Assembly (NCBI GenBank): GCA_030390025.1
Contig: CM059432.1
Location: 14,200,001 to 14,264,000, forward strand
Length of the DNA stretch: 64,000 nt
Reading direction: 5' to 3'
Source: Squalus acanthias
Lineage: Eukaryota
Positions within the stretch are counted from its first letter, which is position 1, and each line of letters begins with the position of its first letter. Positions 1 through 13,190 of the stretch are shown here, in pieces. Under the pieces are notes generated by a model. It was not told the origin of the DNA. It saw only the letters and a program-made list of their open reading frames with translations, and did not search any database. Position numbers and translations under genes: made by a program.

Positions 1-1395
1 CTCTCACCAGTCATAAAATATTCTGCTTTTTTGTTTTTCCTACCAAAGTGGATAACTTCACACTTCCCCACATTGTACTCCATTTGCCATGTTCTTGCCC
101 ATTCAGTCAACCTGTCTATATCTCTCTGCAGCCTCTTTGTGTCCTCCTCACAGATTACTTTCCCACCTAACTTTGTATCATCAGCAAACTTGGATACGTT
201 ACACTCAGTCCCTTCATCTAAGTCATTAATATAGATTGTAAATAGCTGAGGCCCAAGCACTGATCCTTGCGGTACCCCGCTAGGTACAGCCTGCCAACTT
301 GAAAAAGTCCCATTGATTCCTACTCTCTGTTTTCTGTCCATTAACCAATCCTCAATCCACGCTAATATATTACTCCCAATCCCATGAGTCCTAATTTTGT
401 GTAATAACCTCTTGTGTGGCACCTTATCGAATGCCTTCTGAAAATCCAAATACACTACATCCTCTGGTTCCCCCTTATCCATCCTACCAGTTACATTTTC
501 AAAAAACTTGAACAGATTTGTCAAACATGATTTCCCTTTCATAAAACCATGTTGACTCTGCCTAATCATATTACAAAGTGCCCTGTTACCACGTCCCTAA
601 TAATAGATTCTAGCATTTTGCCTACTACTGATGTCAGGCTAACTGGCCTATAGTTCCCCATTTTTTCTCTTCCTCCTTTCTTAAATAGCGGGGTTATGTT
701 TGCTACCTTCCAATCCTTGGGGACTGTTCTGAAATCTAGAGAATTCTGGAAGATTAATACCAGTGCATCCACTATCTCTGCAGCTACCTCTTTTAAAACC
801 CTAGGATACAGGTCGTCAGGTCCAGGGGATTTGTCGCCACTTAGTCCCATTAATTTCTCCAGTACTATGTCTTTACTTATACTGATTTCTTTAAGTTCAT
901 CATTCTCTCTAGACCCTTGGTTCCCCATTATTTCCGGAATGTTTTTTATGGCTTCTACCGTGAAAACAGATACATTATTTGTTTAATGTCTCTGCCATTT
1001 CCTTATTGCCCATTATAATTTCTCCTGTCTCTGTCTCTAATGGGCCCAAACTTACTTACTTTCACTAATCTCTTCCTATCTAGAAACGTTACAGTCTGTT
1101 TTTATGTCTCTTGCTAATTTACTCTCATATTCTTTTTTTCTCTTTCCTTATCAATTTCTTGGTCCTCCTTTGCTGAATTCTAAAATCCTCCCAATCCTCA
1201 GGCTTACTACTCTTTTTGGCAACATTATAAGCCTCTTCCTTTGATCTAATACTATCTTTAACTTCTCTTGTTAGTCACGGTTGGACCACTTTTCCTGTGG
1301 GGTTTTTGTGCCTTAAAGGAATGTATATTTGTTGTAAATTATGTATTAATTCTTTAAATGCTAGCCATTGCTTGTTTACCATCATATCTTTTACA
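1..1395 (-). mobile_element. CR1 LINE fragment (RT region, degenerate)
   Basis: ORF 566..928(-) has KSPGPDDLYPRVLKE, DWKVANITPLFKKG and NYRPVSLTSVVGKMLE, typical of CR1 ORF2; frameshifted. Confidence 0.9.
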
Positions 1396-1489
1396 GTACA
1401 TTTGAAGTTGTAAACTCAACAGCTGGTTCAATGGCCACTGAACTCCCGCCTCAGCCTCACAGATGTGGTGCATGACCAGCGTGGACCCG

Positions 1490-1590
1490 ATAGCAAAATA
1501 CTGCAGATGCTGGAAATCCGAAATAACAACAGAAAACGCTGGAAAAACTCAGCAGGCCAGGCAGCATCCGTGGAGAGAGAAAGAGAGTCC
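1490..1590 (-). repeat. Penelope-like terminal fragment
   Basis: Same sequence as the 3' end of the GIY-YIG-bearing element at 42154-42799. Confidence 0.7.
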
Positions 1591-1852
1591 ATGGACCCCA
1601 TGGACGAGCTGTCAAATGCAGAAGGTGAGCTGAAATTCATTCTTAAGTGGCTCTAAACAAGCCACTAATGACCTGAATTGGGTCCCCCGCTGTGAACCTG
1701 CTGCTGCATGTCGGGTCTGCTCAGCGACATCGGGGAAAGGCGCGTGTCAGCGGGTTCACAGAGGGGTCCCAACCCACTGGGGGGGAAAAAAAACACTTTC
1801 CCACCCGACCCGCCACCGATTGCGCCCGCTGACCCCACGGAAAATCTTGCCC

Positions 1853-1958
1853 GTTAACTCTGTTTCTCTCTCCACAGATGCTGCCTGACCTGCTGAGTAT
1901 TTCCAGCATTTTCTATTTTTATTTCAGATTTCCAGCATCCGCAGCATTTTGCTTTTCC
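1853..1958 (+). repeat. Penelope-like terminal fragment
   Basis: GTTAACTCTGTTTCTCTCTCCACAGATGCTGCCTGACCTGCTGAG... matches 42694-42799. Confidence 0.75.
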
Positions 1959-1959
1959 A

Positions 1960-2592
1960 CCTCTGTAATATCGCCCGTCTCCGCCCCTGCCTCAGCCCAC
2001 CTGCTGCTAAAATCCTCATCCATGCTTTTGTTACCTCCAAACTCGACTATTCCAATGCTCTCCTGACCAGCCTTCCATCCTTCCCCCTCTGGAAACTTCA
2101 ATTATCCAAAGCTCTTCTGCCCGTATCCTATCTCACACCAAATCTTTCTCACCCATCAGCCAGTCCTCACTGACCTAAATTGGCTCCTCGACCCCAGTGC
2201 TTCAAATTTAAAATTCTTATCCCCATGCTTAAATCTCTTCATGGCCTTGCAGCTCCCTATTTGTGTATTATCCTCTACCTCTACAATCTCCCACCCCAAG
2301 CTCTCTGTTCCTCTGACTTTGACCTCTTGTGCATCTCCCCCTTCCTTTGCCCCATCAGTGGCGGCCGTGCCTTCAGCTGCCGAGGTGCCACCCCCTGGAA
2401 TTCCCTCCCTAAACCTTTCAAACTCTCCGCCTCCCTCGTTCCCTTTAAGACTCGCTTTGAAAACCACCTCCTTGACCAACCCTTCCTAGTATTCTTTGGC
2501 TTGGTGGGCGACTTTTTTGATTACAACTCTGGGAAGCACCTTGGGACGATCTTCTATGTTATAGGTGCTATATAAATGCAAGTTGTTGTTGT
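1960..2592 (+). mobile_element. L2-type LINE 3' fragment
   Basis: LIHAFVTSKLDYSNALL, KSLHGLAAPYL and GGRAFS..PWNSLP motifs; tail GCTATATAAATGCAAGTTGTTGTTG. Confidence 0.8.
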
Positions 2593-3054
2593 AGTAATTG
2601 CTGTTGTGAATATTTGAAGCATGGGAAGATTCTAGGCTAGGGGGAGACAGCAGGGCATTGAGATTAGTTTTGGATTGCTCTAGGAAAGAGCCTGCACGTA
2701 TATGATGGGCGAATGATTTCCTTCTGTACTGTAAACTTCTATAGTTCTGTCGTGAATGCTCTCAGTTCTGTAAATATCATTACAAGGGAGACCTATATTT
2801 ACTACAATATGCATTACCTCATTCTAATGCTCGTTTTTCCTTTGCTAGCGGCACAAATAGCACAAAACAATGTATGTGCTTTGAAAATTTCTAATGTTTG
2901 ACCCCCCCAGTTATGGTGCTGGACCACAATGTTCAAAATATTCCAGGAAAAAAGTGAAATAGGGCAGATAAAGAATTATTGTTCAATACACTCAATGCAA
3001 TTCAGTCTCATGCATTTTTAAACTCATAAATAAATAAATTAATCAGTATAAATT

Positions 3055-3392
3055 GCATTGAGTCTAGCCATCTTCAGATGAGACGTTAAACCGAGAGCCC
3101 ACTGCTCTCTCAGGTGGACGTAAGTATTTCCCACGGCCACTATTTCGAAGAACAGCAGGGGGAGTTTTCCCCGGTGTCCTGGCTAATATTTATCCCCCAA
3201 CCAACATCACTAAAAAACAGATTATCTGGTCATTATCTCATTGCTGTTTGTGGGACCACGCTGTGCGCAAATTGACTGCCGCGGTTCCAACATTGCAACA
3301 GTGTCTACACTTCAAAAGTACTTCATTGGCTGTAAAGCACTTTGGAATGTCCTGAAGTCGTGAAAGGTGCTATATCGATGCAAGTCGTTCTT
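3055..3392 (+). mobile_element. Deu-domain SINE (SacSINE1/AmnSINE-like), 5' truncated
   Basis: GATGAGACGTTAAACCGAG...CCCGGTGTCCTGGC core; multiple copies in window; L2-like tail. Confidence 0.75.
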
Positions 3393-4257
3393 CTTAGGAC
3401 GTGCAATTTTTATGTTAGGCGCTTCATTCTGTCACTAAAAAGTCTTTGTTTTGAAATACAATTTAAATTTGTTTTTTCTCCTTTTTTTGTATTTTTTACT
3501 TTAGGTACGTTGCGTACCATCCTTTAGCTAAGATGATGGCAGTCATGCCTGTTCCAATACATTTGTAACTGGCACCAGGAGGTGTGAGACCGTTAGCTCC
3601 CCCTCTTGACATTCTCTCCCTTCTGAGGTGAAGTTTCCTGCCTCCATTTAGTGCCTCCATTTAGTGCCTCCCTCATCCTCTGGTTACGATCAGGAAATAA
3701 CCAAGTTGCACATCTGGAAGGTGCATGACCACAAAGTACCAGTCCAGCGTAACTGTGGCTACCCAAAAGAAACACAACAGGCAGCTTTTTTTTTCCATTT
3801 AAATGTCCTTATGGTCATAACTATCATAGGTTTCTTGGTTTAATGACAAATCTATAAAGAGCAATTGGTTTTCAAAAGCAATTTGCAGGCATCAGTTTGT
3901 GGATTTGGACCAGTTCTGGTTAAAAGCCAGTCTGTTGGTTGAAAACCAATTGAAGTTATTTGCATAACATCACCGTGGCAATATACATGACTGCTTCACT
4001 GAATGCACTGAATGTTGGGACTTGATTGTCAGTTAACAAGCTTGTTTTCCACTCAGCTCTTTATTTATGACATGCTCTCAGGCGGGTGAGGAGCTGTAGA
4101 ATGAACTGGCCATTTGCCACCCACTGGGTCATCAATGCACATCTTGAAGCCTGCAGGGGAAATGCAAAGAAATAATACGGAGACCCCCAGCTCCAACGAA
4201 CTTTGATCACTCAAGCTTGTCAAAAGCAGCAAATAGATATTAACTGAGACTTTTGAC

Positions 4258-4590
4258 TACAACTTGCATTTATATAGCGCCTTCAACATAGTTAAAACAT
4301 CTCAAGGCACTTTACAGGAGCTTTATGAGACAAAATTTGTGACCGAGCCACGTAAGAAGATATCAGGACAGATGACCAAAAGCTTGGTCAAAGAGGTAGG
4401 TTTTAAGTCGCATCTTAAAAGAGGAGAGGTAGCGAGGCGGAGAGCTTTAGGCAGGGAATTCCAGAGCTTAGGGCCTAGGCAGCTGAAGGCACAGCCACCA
4501 ATGGTGGAGGGGTGAAAATCGGGGATGCTCAAGAGGCCAGAATTGGAGGAGCGCAGAGATCTCGGAAGGTTGTAGAACTGGAGAAGGTTA
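4258..4590 (-). mobile_element. L2-type LINE 3' fragment
   Basis: STIGGCAFSCLGPKLWNSLP plus L2 tail. Confidence 0.8.
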
Positions 4591-5239
4591 ACAAAATAGT
4601 ATTTTGTACTGGATCACTGAGGCTGCTCGATGCTGAACCGGACACACTGACCTGATTTAAACAGCCACAGAATTGCTGTGGTCTGTTTTTGGTGTTTTAA
4701 CAATCAGTTCTTGGACGATGTGACATTGATGCCAGAGGATGGTTTATTCCCCATTTGGTTGCCCAGATTAGGGAATCTTTCAAAAAATTCTGAAAACTGG
4801 TCAATAAAAGAGTTGACTAAAAATGTCTGTAGGTGTTTGCAGGGTGCTAACACGTTATGGACACTGGTCGCTAAACTAATCGGCACACAGTAAGATCCCA
4901 CGACATTACCCAAAAAACAGTTTGGAGATTTCCCGGTGTTCTGAGCAACATTCCGCCCTCAATTAATACCACCATTTACTTCATTTGTGGGATCTTGCTG
5001 TGTTAAACGGCTGTCTTTTGTTCTGATATAAGTCACTACACTTTGAAGTAACTCATTGTGTGCAAATCGCTTTAAGAGGGCTGCAATAAGCACTGTGTAA
5101 ATGCAAGTCTTACATGTCAATTCGGGCTTCATGTGCACTCTAGATATTGAAAAACACAAATTTTAACAATTTTTAATCACCCAAATTTAATCTGCCCAGC
5201 AAAAAGAACTTTATCAAATGCTCCACAAGAGGTATTGTA

Positions 5240-5724
5240 AATGTCCTAACTCGCACTGAGTCCCGTTCACCCATCACCCCTGTGCTCGCTGACCTACATT
5301 GGCTCCCGGTTAAGCAACGCCTCGATTTCAAAATTCTCACTCTCGTTTTCAAATCCCTCTATGGCCTCGCCCCTCCCTATCTCTGTAATCTCCTTCAGCC
5401 CCACAACCCCCCGAGATATCTGCGCTCCTCAAATTCTGCCCTCTTGAACATCCCTAATTATAATCACTCAACCATTGGTGGCCGTGCCTTCTGTTGCCTA
5501 GGCCCTAAGCTCTGGAATTCCCTGCCTAAACCTCTCCGCCTCTCTTTCCTCCTTTAAGACATTCCTTAAAACCTTCCTCTTTGACCAAGCTTTTGGTCAC
5601 CTGTCCTAATATCTCCTTATGTGGCTCGGTGTCAAATTTTTTGTCTTATAATATTCCTGTGAAACACCTTGGGACGTTTTACTACGTGAAAGGCGCTATA
5701 TTAATACAACTTGTTGTTGTTGTA
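5240..5724 (+). mobile_element. L2-type LINE 3' fragment
   Basis: LADLHWLPVKQRLDFKIL..LAPPYL..GGRAF..LWNSLP; (TTG)n tail. Confidence 0.85.
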
Positions 5725-6549
5725 AAATTCAAGGCGTAAGTCAATACATCACACAGATTTTTTTGCACTCACAAATCTGGGAGTGTAATTGTATGGACAA
5801 TGTTTGCCATTTAGCTCCAGTGAAGCAATGTAAATTTTCCTGAATAGGGTCAAATGACAAAATTGTGTTTTTCTCATAAAAGAGGTAACCGTCAGATGGA
5901 TTTGTTTTTAACATTGTACTTGCATGTTGCTCGAAGCCTGCTATTTCTGCGAGAGGCTCCGACCTTTACATCATCAGCCTGTGTCTTTTCCTCATTATTT
6001 TGAATCTCATCAACGTTGATGATGTCTAGCAAAATCAGTGCAGTATTTCACGGGTGGATAGTTTGGTGTTGGGATTTGAAAGGCGTTGCTTGTTTGCCGG
6101 GAGCTGTTTGAATGTCGGCCAGTGCTAAATCTGTCAGGATTGGAATTCAGGGTTATGGGTTTATCAACCTAAAGTCAAACATCGCTTTTCATTTAAACTA
6201 AAATGTGCCAAGATTCTAGGTTACCTGAAATACACTCCCTGGTGGGCTGTGAGGATAAAGGTAATTTTTCTTTGCTGTATAGCTGCCAGAGATCGGACGA
6301 TTTGCAGTACATTTTAATATCAAGGAAACAGTTTTGAAAATGTTAAAAAAAAATCAATTGCCAGTCCTGTATTTCCTCACAGCAGTCAATATGCCAATAC
6401 AAATATTTTTGCAAAAAAATTGCAACACCTGAATGACTAAGTCCTTCTGATCAGATGTTTCACGTGTAAATTGGCAGCAAGCACTGTCTGACCTTAGAGA
6501 CACCTTGATTCACCCCAGGTGATAACAATATGACAGCATTTTCCACTAG

Positions 6550-7170
6550 TAACCGAGGCATAGAATATAAGAGCTGGGAGGTTATGCTTGAACTGTATAA
6601 AACACTAGTTAGGCTGCAGCTAGAATACTGCATGCAGTTCTGGTTACCACATTACAGGAAGATGTGATTGCACTAGAGAGGGTGCAGAGGAGATTTACAA
6701 GGATGTTGCCAGGACTGGAGAATTTTAGCTATGAGGAAAGATTGGATAGACTGCAGTTATTTTCTTTGGAACGGAGGAGGCTGAGGGGAGACCTAATTGA
6801 GGTGTATAAAATTATGAGAGACCTAGATAGAGTGAATAAGAAGGACCTATTTCCCTTAGCAGAAGGGTCAATAACCAGGGGGCATAGATTTAAAGTAATT
6901 GGTAGGAGGTTTAGAGGGGAGTTGAGGAGAAATTGTTTCACCCAGAGGGTGGTGGTGGTCTGGAACTCACTGCCTGAAAGGGTGGTAGAGGCAGAAACCC
7001 TCATCACATTTAAACAGTACTTGGATATGCACTTGAAGTGCCGTAACCTACAGGGCTACGGACCAAGAGCTGGGAAGTGGGATAAGGCTGGATAGCTCTT
7101 TGTCGGCCGGCACGGACAAGACGGGCTGAATGGCCTCCTTCTGTGCTGTAAATTTCTATGATTCTATGAT
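6550..7170 (+). mobile_element. CR1 LINE 3' fragment
   Basis: [46 protein letters not shown] 3' motif and (TTCTATGA)n tail. Confidence 0.92.
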
Positions 7171-7904
7171 AGTAATACTCACCAATTGAAAATTCATCCC
7201 TGAATCTCTACGGTAACCCATCTCCTCCCATCCTGCCAGGAGTCAGGATAACTCGAAGCCTGTTGTCTGATGATTCCATCATGTCTTTGAAGAATTACTC
7301 CAGCATAAGGCTCTAAAATGACCTAATGCTCGAGTACTTTCCTGGAAAATGCAGCACTGTTTTTAATTTATTTATTTATAAGATAACTGTTAGCAAGTGA
7401 GAAAGCATTGATTCAAAACTTCCCATGAGGTGACTGCCCTCCTGAATGGTAAAGCTCTCAATAACAGCAACTTGCAAGTATATAGCGTCCTTAACATAGA
7501 AATACCTCCAAAGGTCCTTCACAGAGGCGTAATCAAACCAAATCTGCCAACAGTATTGCGAGAGTAGGCTGGATTTTCCTACAAGGGGCAGTCATACTGA
7601 CTCGCCATACAATTTCTCTCTTTCAGTGTAGGGGGCTACAATCCATACAGAGAAGGCCATTTAAAGGACACTCGTCCCTCCACCAGGGTAGGTGTCCGCA
7701 ATTTACTGAATACCAATGAACCCTCAAATGGTAATGGGTCCTGTTGTAGGCAGGGCAAAACTTCAGCTTTGCTTCAGGGCTGGCATGACTCAAAATGATT
7801 AGGTGACACAGGAAATAGACAGAAGCAACATGGATCTTGTGGATTGTCAGATCATCCACGATTCACTGGGAGCAGCCATTAATATTCTTCACTGCGTAAG
7901 TACA

Positions 7905-8252
7905 TGGTTAAAAATGATGAGGGGTTTTACTGGAGCAAGTAGAGAGAAACCGTTTCCTCTGGCAAGTGGGTCTGTAACCAGAGGTTGTAGATTTAAAATG
8001 ATTGGCAATAGAACTAGAGGGGAAATGAGGAGAATATTTTTCACACAGAGGGATGTTAAGATCTGGAACGCACTGCCTGAATAGGAACTTTCAAAAGGCA
8101 ATTGGACATGTCCTTGAAGAGGACTAATTTGCAGAGTTATGGAGAAAAAGTTGGGATGTGGGACTAAATTGGACCGCGCTTCTAAAGAGCCGGCACAGGC
8201 ACGACGGGCCGAATGGCCTCCTTCTGTGCTCTAAGATTCTATGATTCTCTGA
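7905..8252 (+). mobile_element. CR1 LINE 3' fragment
   Basis: FFTQRDVKIWNALP; GGCCGAATGGCC and GATTCTAT tail. Confidence 0.85.
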
Positions 8253-9335
8253 TTCTAAAAATGGACCAATCTTCTGAAGACCAGCAGGACTATATAGCAG
8301 GTCACCATTTCGCTTTAGATTCCAGTAGACTCCTCTAATTTCTCCCCCTCCCACCCCCGCTCATTAAAGATGAATGGTGTCGAACTTACCTGATCAGACA
8401 CCTCCCATACAGACTCCAGCACTGTGGGGAAGCTCATTTTCTGGGTGGCATTTAAAGCACCTCTGACATTCCCTTCTTGGGAGCCCCACATCTTCTTACA
8501 AGGTAATTATTTTTAAACTATTCTTTTAAGAATACGCACATGGAAAAAAATTGAAAGTAAGTATTCTGTATTCCTTGTGCCTTTAATTACCCACTGGTAT
8601 CGCATCTAGAGACGACGGTTACTAAATGAAGATGGCTATTACATCACATTACTGATCATGGCATTAATGGCACTTGTGGTAGATTTTCAACTGAAAATAA
8701 TAAATTTTAATGAGTGCCCTGAGACGTTTTACTACATTAAAGGCGCTATATAAATGCAGGTTGTTGTTGAGTATTCTTGTTCGGTCCAAAGAAAATCAGT
8801 TAAAGCTGTATTGAGGTGAAACTTTGAGGTGAATTGCTTTACTGTTTTCAGCACATTAGCGGTGCACAAATGGCGCAGAAAAAAATTCCGGCCTATTCTT
8901 GGCCTTAAAATGCTTCTCCCGCGCTCCCTTGCACTTTCTGGCTACACACACTTGTTTCTCAATGCCTCTCACAGGGGTCACATTACCAGCGGGTCTTTGG
9001 ACCTCCTCAATGCCCCTCCACCCCTTACCCGCACTGAGGACTTCTCGGAAGCAGACATGGCATTACCTTTGGGCATAATCTTGGTCCCGTAACATGGAGG
9101 AGGAGGAAGTGGAGCGCAGGATGGAGCCAAGGAGACTCAGGCAACATTTCAGATTGGAACTGGTTGGAACGTGCACGCTGTATCATTTTCACGGGCGATG
9201 GAGCCAAAAATGCCCAGAAAAGGTAAGTTTGGAATTATTTCTGTGGGGCCTGAATGCTCCTCTGGGCTTCACAAAAATAATATGGTCTACTAGCGGCCCG
9301 GGAGCCTCTCCTTTGGAACATAGGAACAGGAGTAG

Positions 9336-10291
9336 TGTAGGACGTGCGGAATTACCCCTCGCCCCGTCCAACAGGTTATAGAGGTCGGACTTGAGACTTA
9401 TGAGAAATGACACCAGACACACTGGTTCTGAATTTAACCTTTTATTGTTCCTAAGACAGATTCAAAACTCCAACCACTATTCGAGCAGTCCACCAATAAT
9501 ATTACAGGAAATCATACATACAACCGCCCGCAGATGATCAGTCCAGCGTTGATTGTAGGCCACGTCCTTTCGACTGCAGCTCTTCGCCTTTCGACGATCA
9601 GCCAGGCCCCTCCTTCCGACTGCAGTGCCGATATTTTCCGTCACTGGTTTTTATACAGTTTTCCTTGTTTTTTTCCCCAGTAAATCAATCATTCAGAAAT
9701 GGTGAAATGTTCCTTTAATGTTCGACCTGAGCTGTTTGAGCTGTCAAACGTTCACACTCACACATCCTGTGTCGCTATCCATTAATAAAAACAGAAAATG
9801 CTGGAGATACTCAGCAGGTCAGGCAGCATCTGTGAAGAGACAAACAGAGTGAACGTTTCAGGTCGATGACCTTTCGTCAGATCTCATCCATTATTTGCCT
9901 TTATCAAAGCACAAAATTGTTCATTCACTCATAAAGTTTACAAAAGTGGCAGAAAACCACTTGGTTACAGTTCATGTGTTACGTCGTATTCCGCATTTCA
10001 AAACTTCAAAGGTTTGACTCCTCCCTTTTAGCCTCCAAAAAAAATCATTAGAGACATGATGATGTCTGCAAATCTATGGGGGTTTGTTTATCTCTGTTGT
10101 CTATGAATACCCCCTGCAGTCATAACCATGTTTGCTGCCTTTTAGTAAAGCACATCAAAGCACATTCCATGTCCACTTATCAGTGAAAGACCGTCTGTCA
10201 CAACTTTATTTCACTTCGAAATACCTTTTGGCCTGGCAAAGCATTTTAATATATACCAAAATTTAAAATTAAGGGTCTGTGTATGCCTACA
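9336..10291 (-). mobile_element. Solo LTR inserted in a CR1 3' tail
   Basis: TGTAGG...CCTACA inverted termini; 4-bp TSD GTAG (9332-9335, 10292-10295); minus-strand TATAAAA near 9650 and AATAAA near 9443; removing it restores the CR1 tail GGAGTAGGCCATTC. Confidence 0.8.
9785..9885 (-). mobile_element. Penelope-like terminal fragment with hammerhead core, inside the solo LTR
   Basis: 8-bp TSD ATCCATTA (9777-9784, 9886-9893); minus strand reads CTGACGA-A-AGGTC-atc-GACCT-GAAACGTT. Confidence 0.8.
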
Positions 10292-10720
10292 GTAGGCCAT
10301 TCAACCCTTCGAGCCTGTTTCGCCATTCAATTAGATCATGGCTGATCTGTATCTTAACTCCATCCACCCACCTTGGTTTCATTACCCTTGCCTAACAAAA
10401 ATCTATCAATCTCAGTTTTGAAATTGTCGGTTGAACTAACCGCGACAGCTTTTTGAGGGAGAGAGTTCCAGATTTCCACTACCCTTTCTGTGAAAGAGTG
10501 CTTCCTGACATCACCCCTGAACGGCCTAGCTCTAATTTTAAGGTTCTGCCCCCTTGTTCTGGACTGCCCCATCTGAGGAAATAGTTTATCTCTATCTACC
10601 CTATCAAGTCCTTTGATCATCTTAAACACCTCAATTAGATCACCTCTTAATCTTCTATACACGAGGGAATACAAGCAATCAGTCCTCATATTTTAACCCT
10701 TTTAACTTCGGTATCATTTT
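10292..10720 (-). mobile_element. CR1 LINE 3' fragment (tail continues at 9316-9335)
   Basis: ORF 10354..10689 [21 protein letters not shown]. Confidence 0.88.
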
Positions 10721-10769
10721 GAGAGGGAACAGCACAGGATGGAGACAAGGAGACGTAGGCAGCATAATT

Positions 10770-11263
10770 ACATCGGATTACACAGGATATACGGCACAGA
10801 AACAGGCCATTCAGCCCAACCAGTCCATGTCGGTGTTTATGCTCCACTCGAGCCTCCTCCCGTCTTTACTCATCTAAATCTATCAGCATTACCCTCTATT
10901 CACCTTCTCCCTCATGTGTTTATCTAGCCTCCCCTTAAATGCATCTATACTATTCGCTTCAACCACTCCCTGTGGTAGTGAGTTCCACACTCTCACCACT
11001 CTCTGGGTAAAGAAGTTTCTTCTGAATTCCCTATTGGATTTCTTGGTGACTATCTTATATTGATGGCCTCTAGTTTTGCTCTTCCCGACAGGTGGAAATA
11101 CTCTTTCTGTATCCACTCTATCAAAACCTTGCATGATTTTAAAGCCCACTATTAGGTCACCCCTCAGCCTTCTCTTTTCAAGAGAAAAGAGACCCAGCCT
11201 GTTCATCCTTTCCTGATATGTATACCCTCGCATTTCTGGTAACATCCTTCTAAATCTTCTCTG
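10770..11263 (-). mobile_element. CR1 LINE 3' fragment
   Basis: ORF 10889..11326 [25 protein letters not shown]. Confidence 0.88.
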
Positions 11264-12049
11264 CATTTTAGTTTGGAACTGGTTGGAATGTGCGCGTCGT
11301 ATCAGTTCCATGGGCGATGGAGCCACAAATGCCCAGAAAAGGTAAGTTTGGAATTATTTTTGTGGGCCTCAATGCTTATACGGGCTCCACAAAAATAATA
11401 TGGACCACTACCGGCCCGGGAGCCTCCCCTTTGCAATCATGACAGCGACCGTACTTACCTTGCTGGTAGCGGGGCGGCCCAATATTGGTAGGCCTCAATC
11501 TGGCGAGCTGCATCGTGATACCAGTTTGGCGACTCTCATCTCACTGGACCGATGCAACTGAGGCCTGGGCCTCAAAATCATGGCCGCCCCTCGCTTTGAG
11601 CGCGGGCGATCAGCCAGCATGCCCGGTTGATCGGTCGCATCAAAAGTCAAAAGCAACCCCACTGCAAGAAGCCATGGGAAGGATAATGGGAGAAAAATTT
11701 ACACTGGTGCAGTGGGGATCCTGTCCTGAATTTGGGTAAAAGTACATTGTTGGGGAACAGCAGAAGAAAATAGTTAAATCTGGTGATCTGCGAATTAAGC
11801 AGAGACAGTCCGTTCCAGGGCACTACAGGTTTGAACTTTGTAAATGAATTAATAAAATACGTAAATTATTTGCTGATCAGTTGTATTGTCTGGTGACTTT
11901 TTTTTAATGTGCCAGATAGGTTTTAAGATCATCAATAGTGTGTGATTTGGAGAATAAACCAACAATGAGATAAAATGAAAATAACTGCAAATGTTCGAAG
12001 TGCACAACGGGCCTGTCTGCGTCATAGAGAAAAAAGACAGGTTAACATT

Positions 12050-12820
12050 TCACCTTGCACCCTCTGTAAACTCGAGCTCATTCAAAACTGTGCTGCCCGT
12101 GTCCTAACTCGCACCAAGTCCCATCCACCCATCACCCCTGTGCTCGCTGACCTACATTGGCTCCCGGTCCAGCAATTTTAAATTCTCATCCTTGTTTTCA
12201 AATCCCTCCATGGCCTCGCTCCTCCCGAACTCTGTAACTTCCACCAGCCCCACAATCCTCTGAGATCTCTGCGCTCCTTCAATTCTGGTCTCTTGCGCAT
12301 CCTCGATTTTCTTCGCAAAGTTGCAGGCTGGCCAGGATAGTCGAGCCTGGAGGGAATAAAAGCATGGATGAGGGTTTCATCAGCAAATGATCTGAGGCAG
12401 GGGCGGAGTTAGGCGATGCTATGGAGGTGGAAGTAGGCAGTTTTGGTGATGGAGAGGATATGGGGTTAGAAGTTCAGCTCAGTGTCAAATAGGACGACAA
12501 AGTTGCTAACAGTCTGGTTCAGTCTCAGACAGCGACCTCGCCTCTCCCTATCTCTGAAACCTCCTCCCGCCCTCCAACCCTCCGAGAAATCGGCACTCCT
12601 CCAACTCTGGCCTCTTGAGCATCCCCGATTTCCATTGCCCCACCATTGGTGGCCGTGCCTTCAGCTGCCGAGGCCCTATGCTCTGGAATTCCCTCCCTGA
12701 ACCTCTCTGCCTCTCTACCTCTCTCTCCTCCTTTAAGACACTCCTTGAAGCTTACCTCTTTGACCGTGCTTTTGGTCACCTGTCCTAACACCTCCTTATG
12801 TGGCTTGGCGTCAAATTCTA
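12050..12820. mobile_element. Rearranged L2-type LINE fragments in both orientations
   Basis: LELIQNCAARVL..LADLHWLP on +; inverted piece at about 12320-12530; + strand 3' piece to 12820. Confidence 0.7.
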
Positions 12821-13190
12821 TCTCATAATTGTATCTGTTGTTGAGCTGTTCATCAGAACGGCCCTGGGGTCTGAGTTGTGAGCTACAATAAATTCTACGT
12901 TTGGAACGGCTGCTCCACTGCCATGTGTTGTGCCAAATGTTGCGAATGATGAAAACAAAGGTTGGCAATGTGCAACAATAGAGTAGCACAGTGAAAGGCT
13001 CAACTAGCATTCGAAACCGCAAAAGCAAAGTTCACGGCATTTACTCACCGACTTGAAGCCTGAAAGTACCATGTATACACTTCCCGTACGTCGCTCCTTT
13101 TTTTTTCTATGACGTACAGCTTCGAGTTTCTTTGGAGTTTTCCTGCTGGCATTTGTATCAGCAGTTTCCTTCGCTAACTTCTACCACTGA

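Noticed and set aside
12525..13028. 167-aa minus-strand ORF
   Set aside because: Chimeric: mostly antisense L2 sequence plus unique flank
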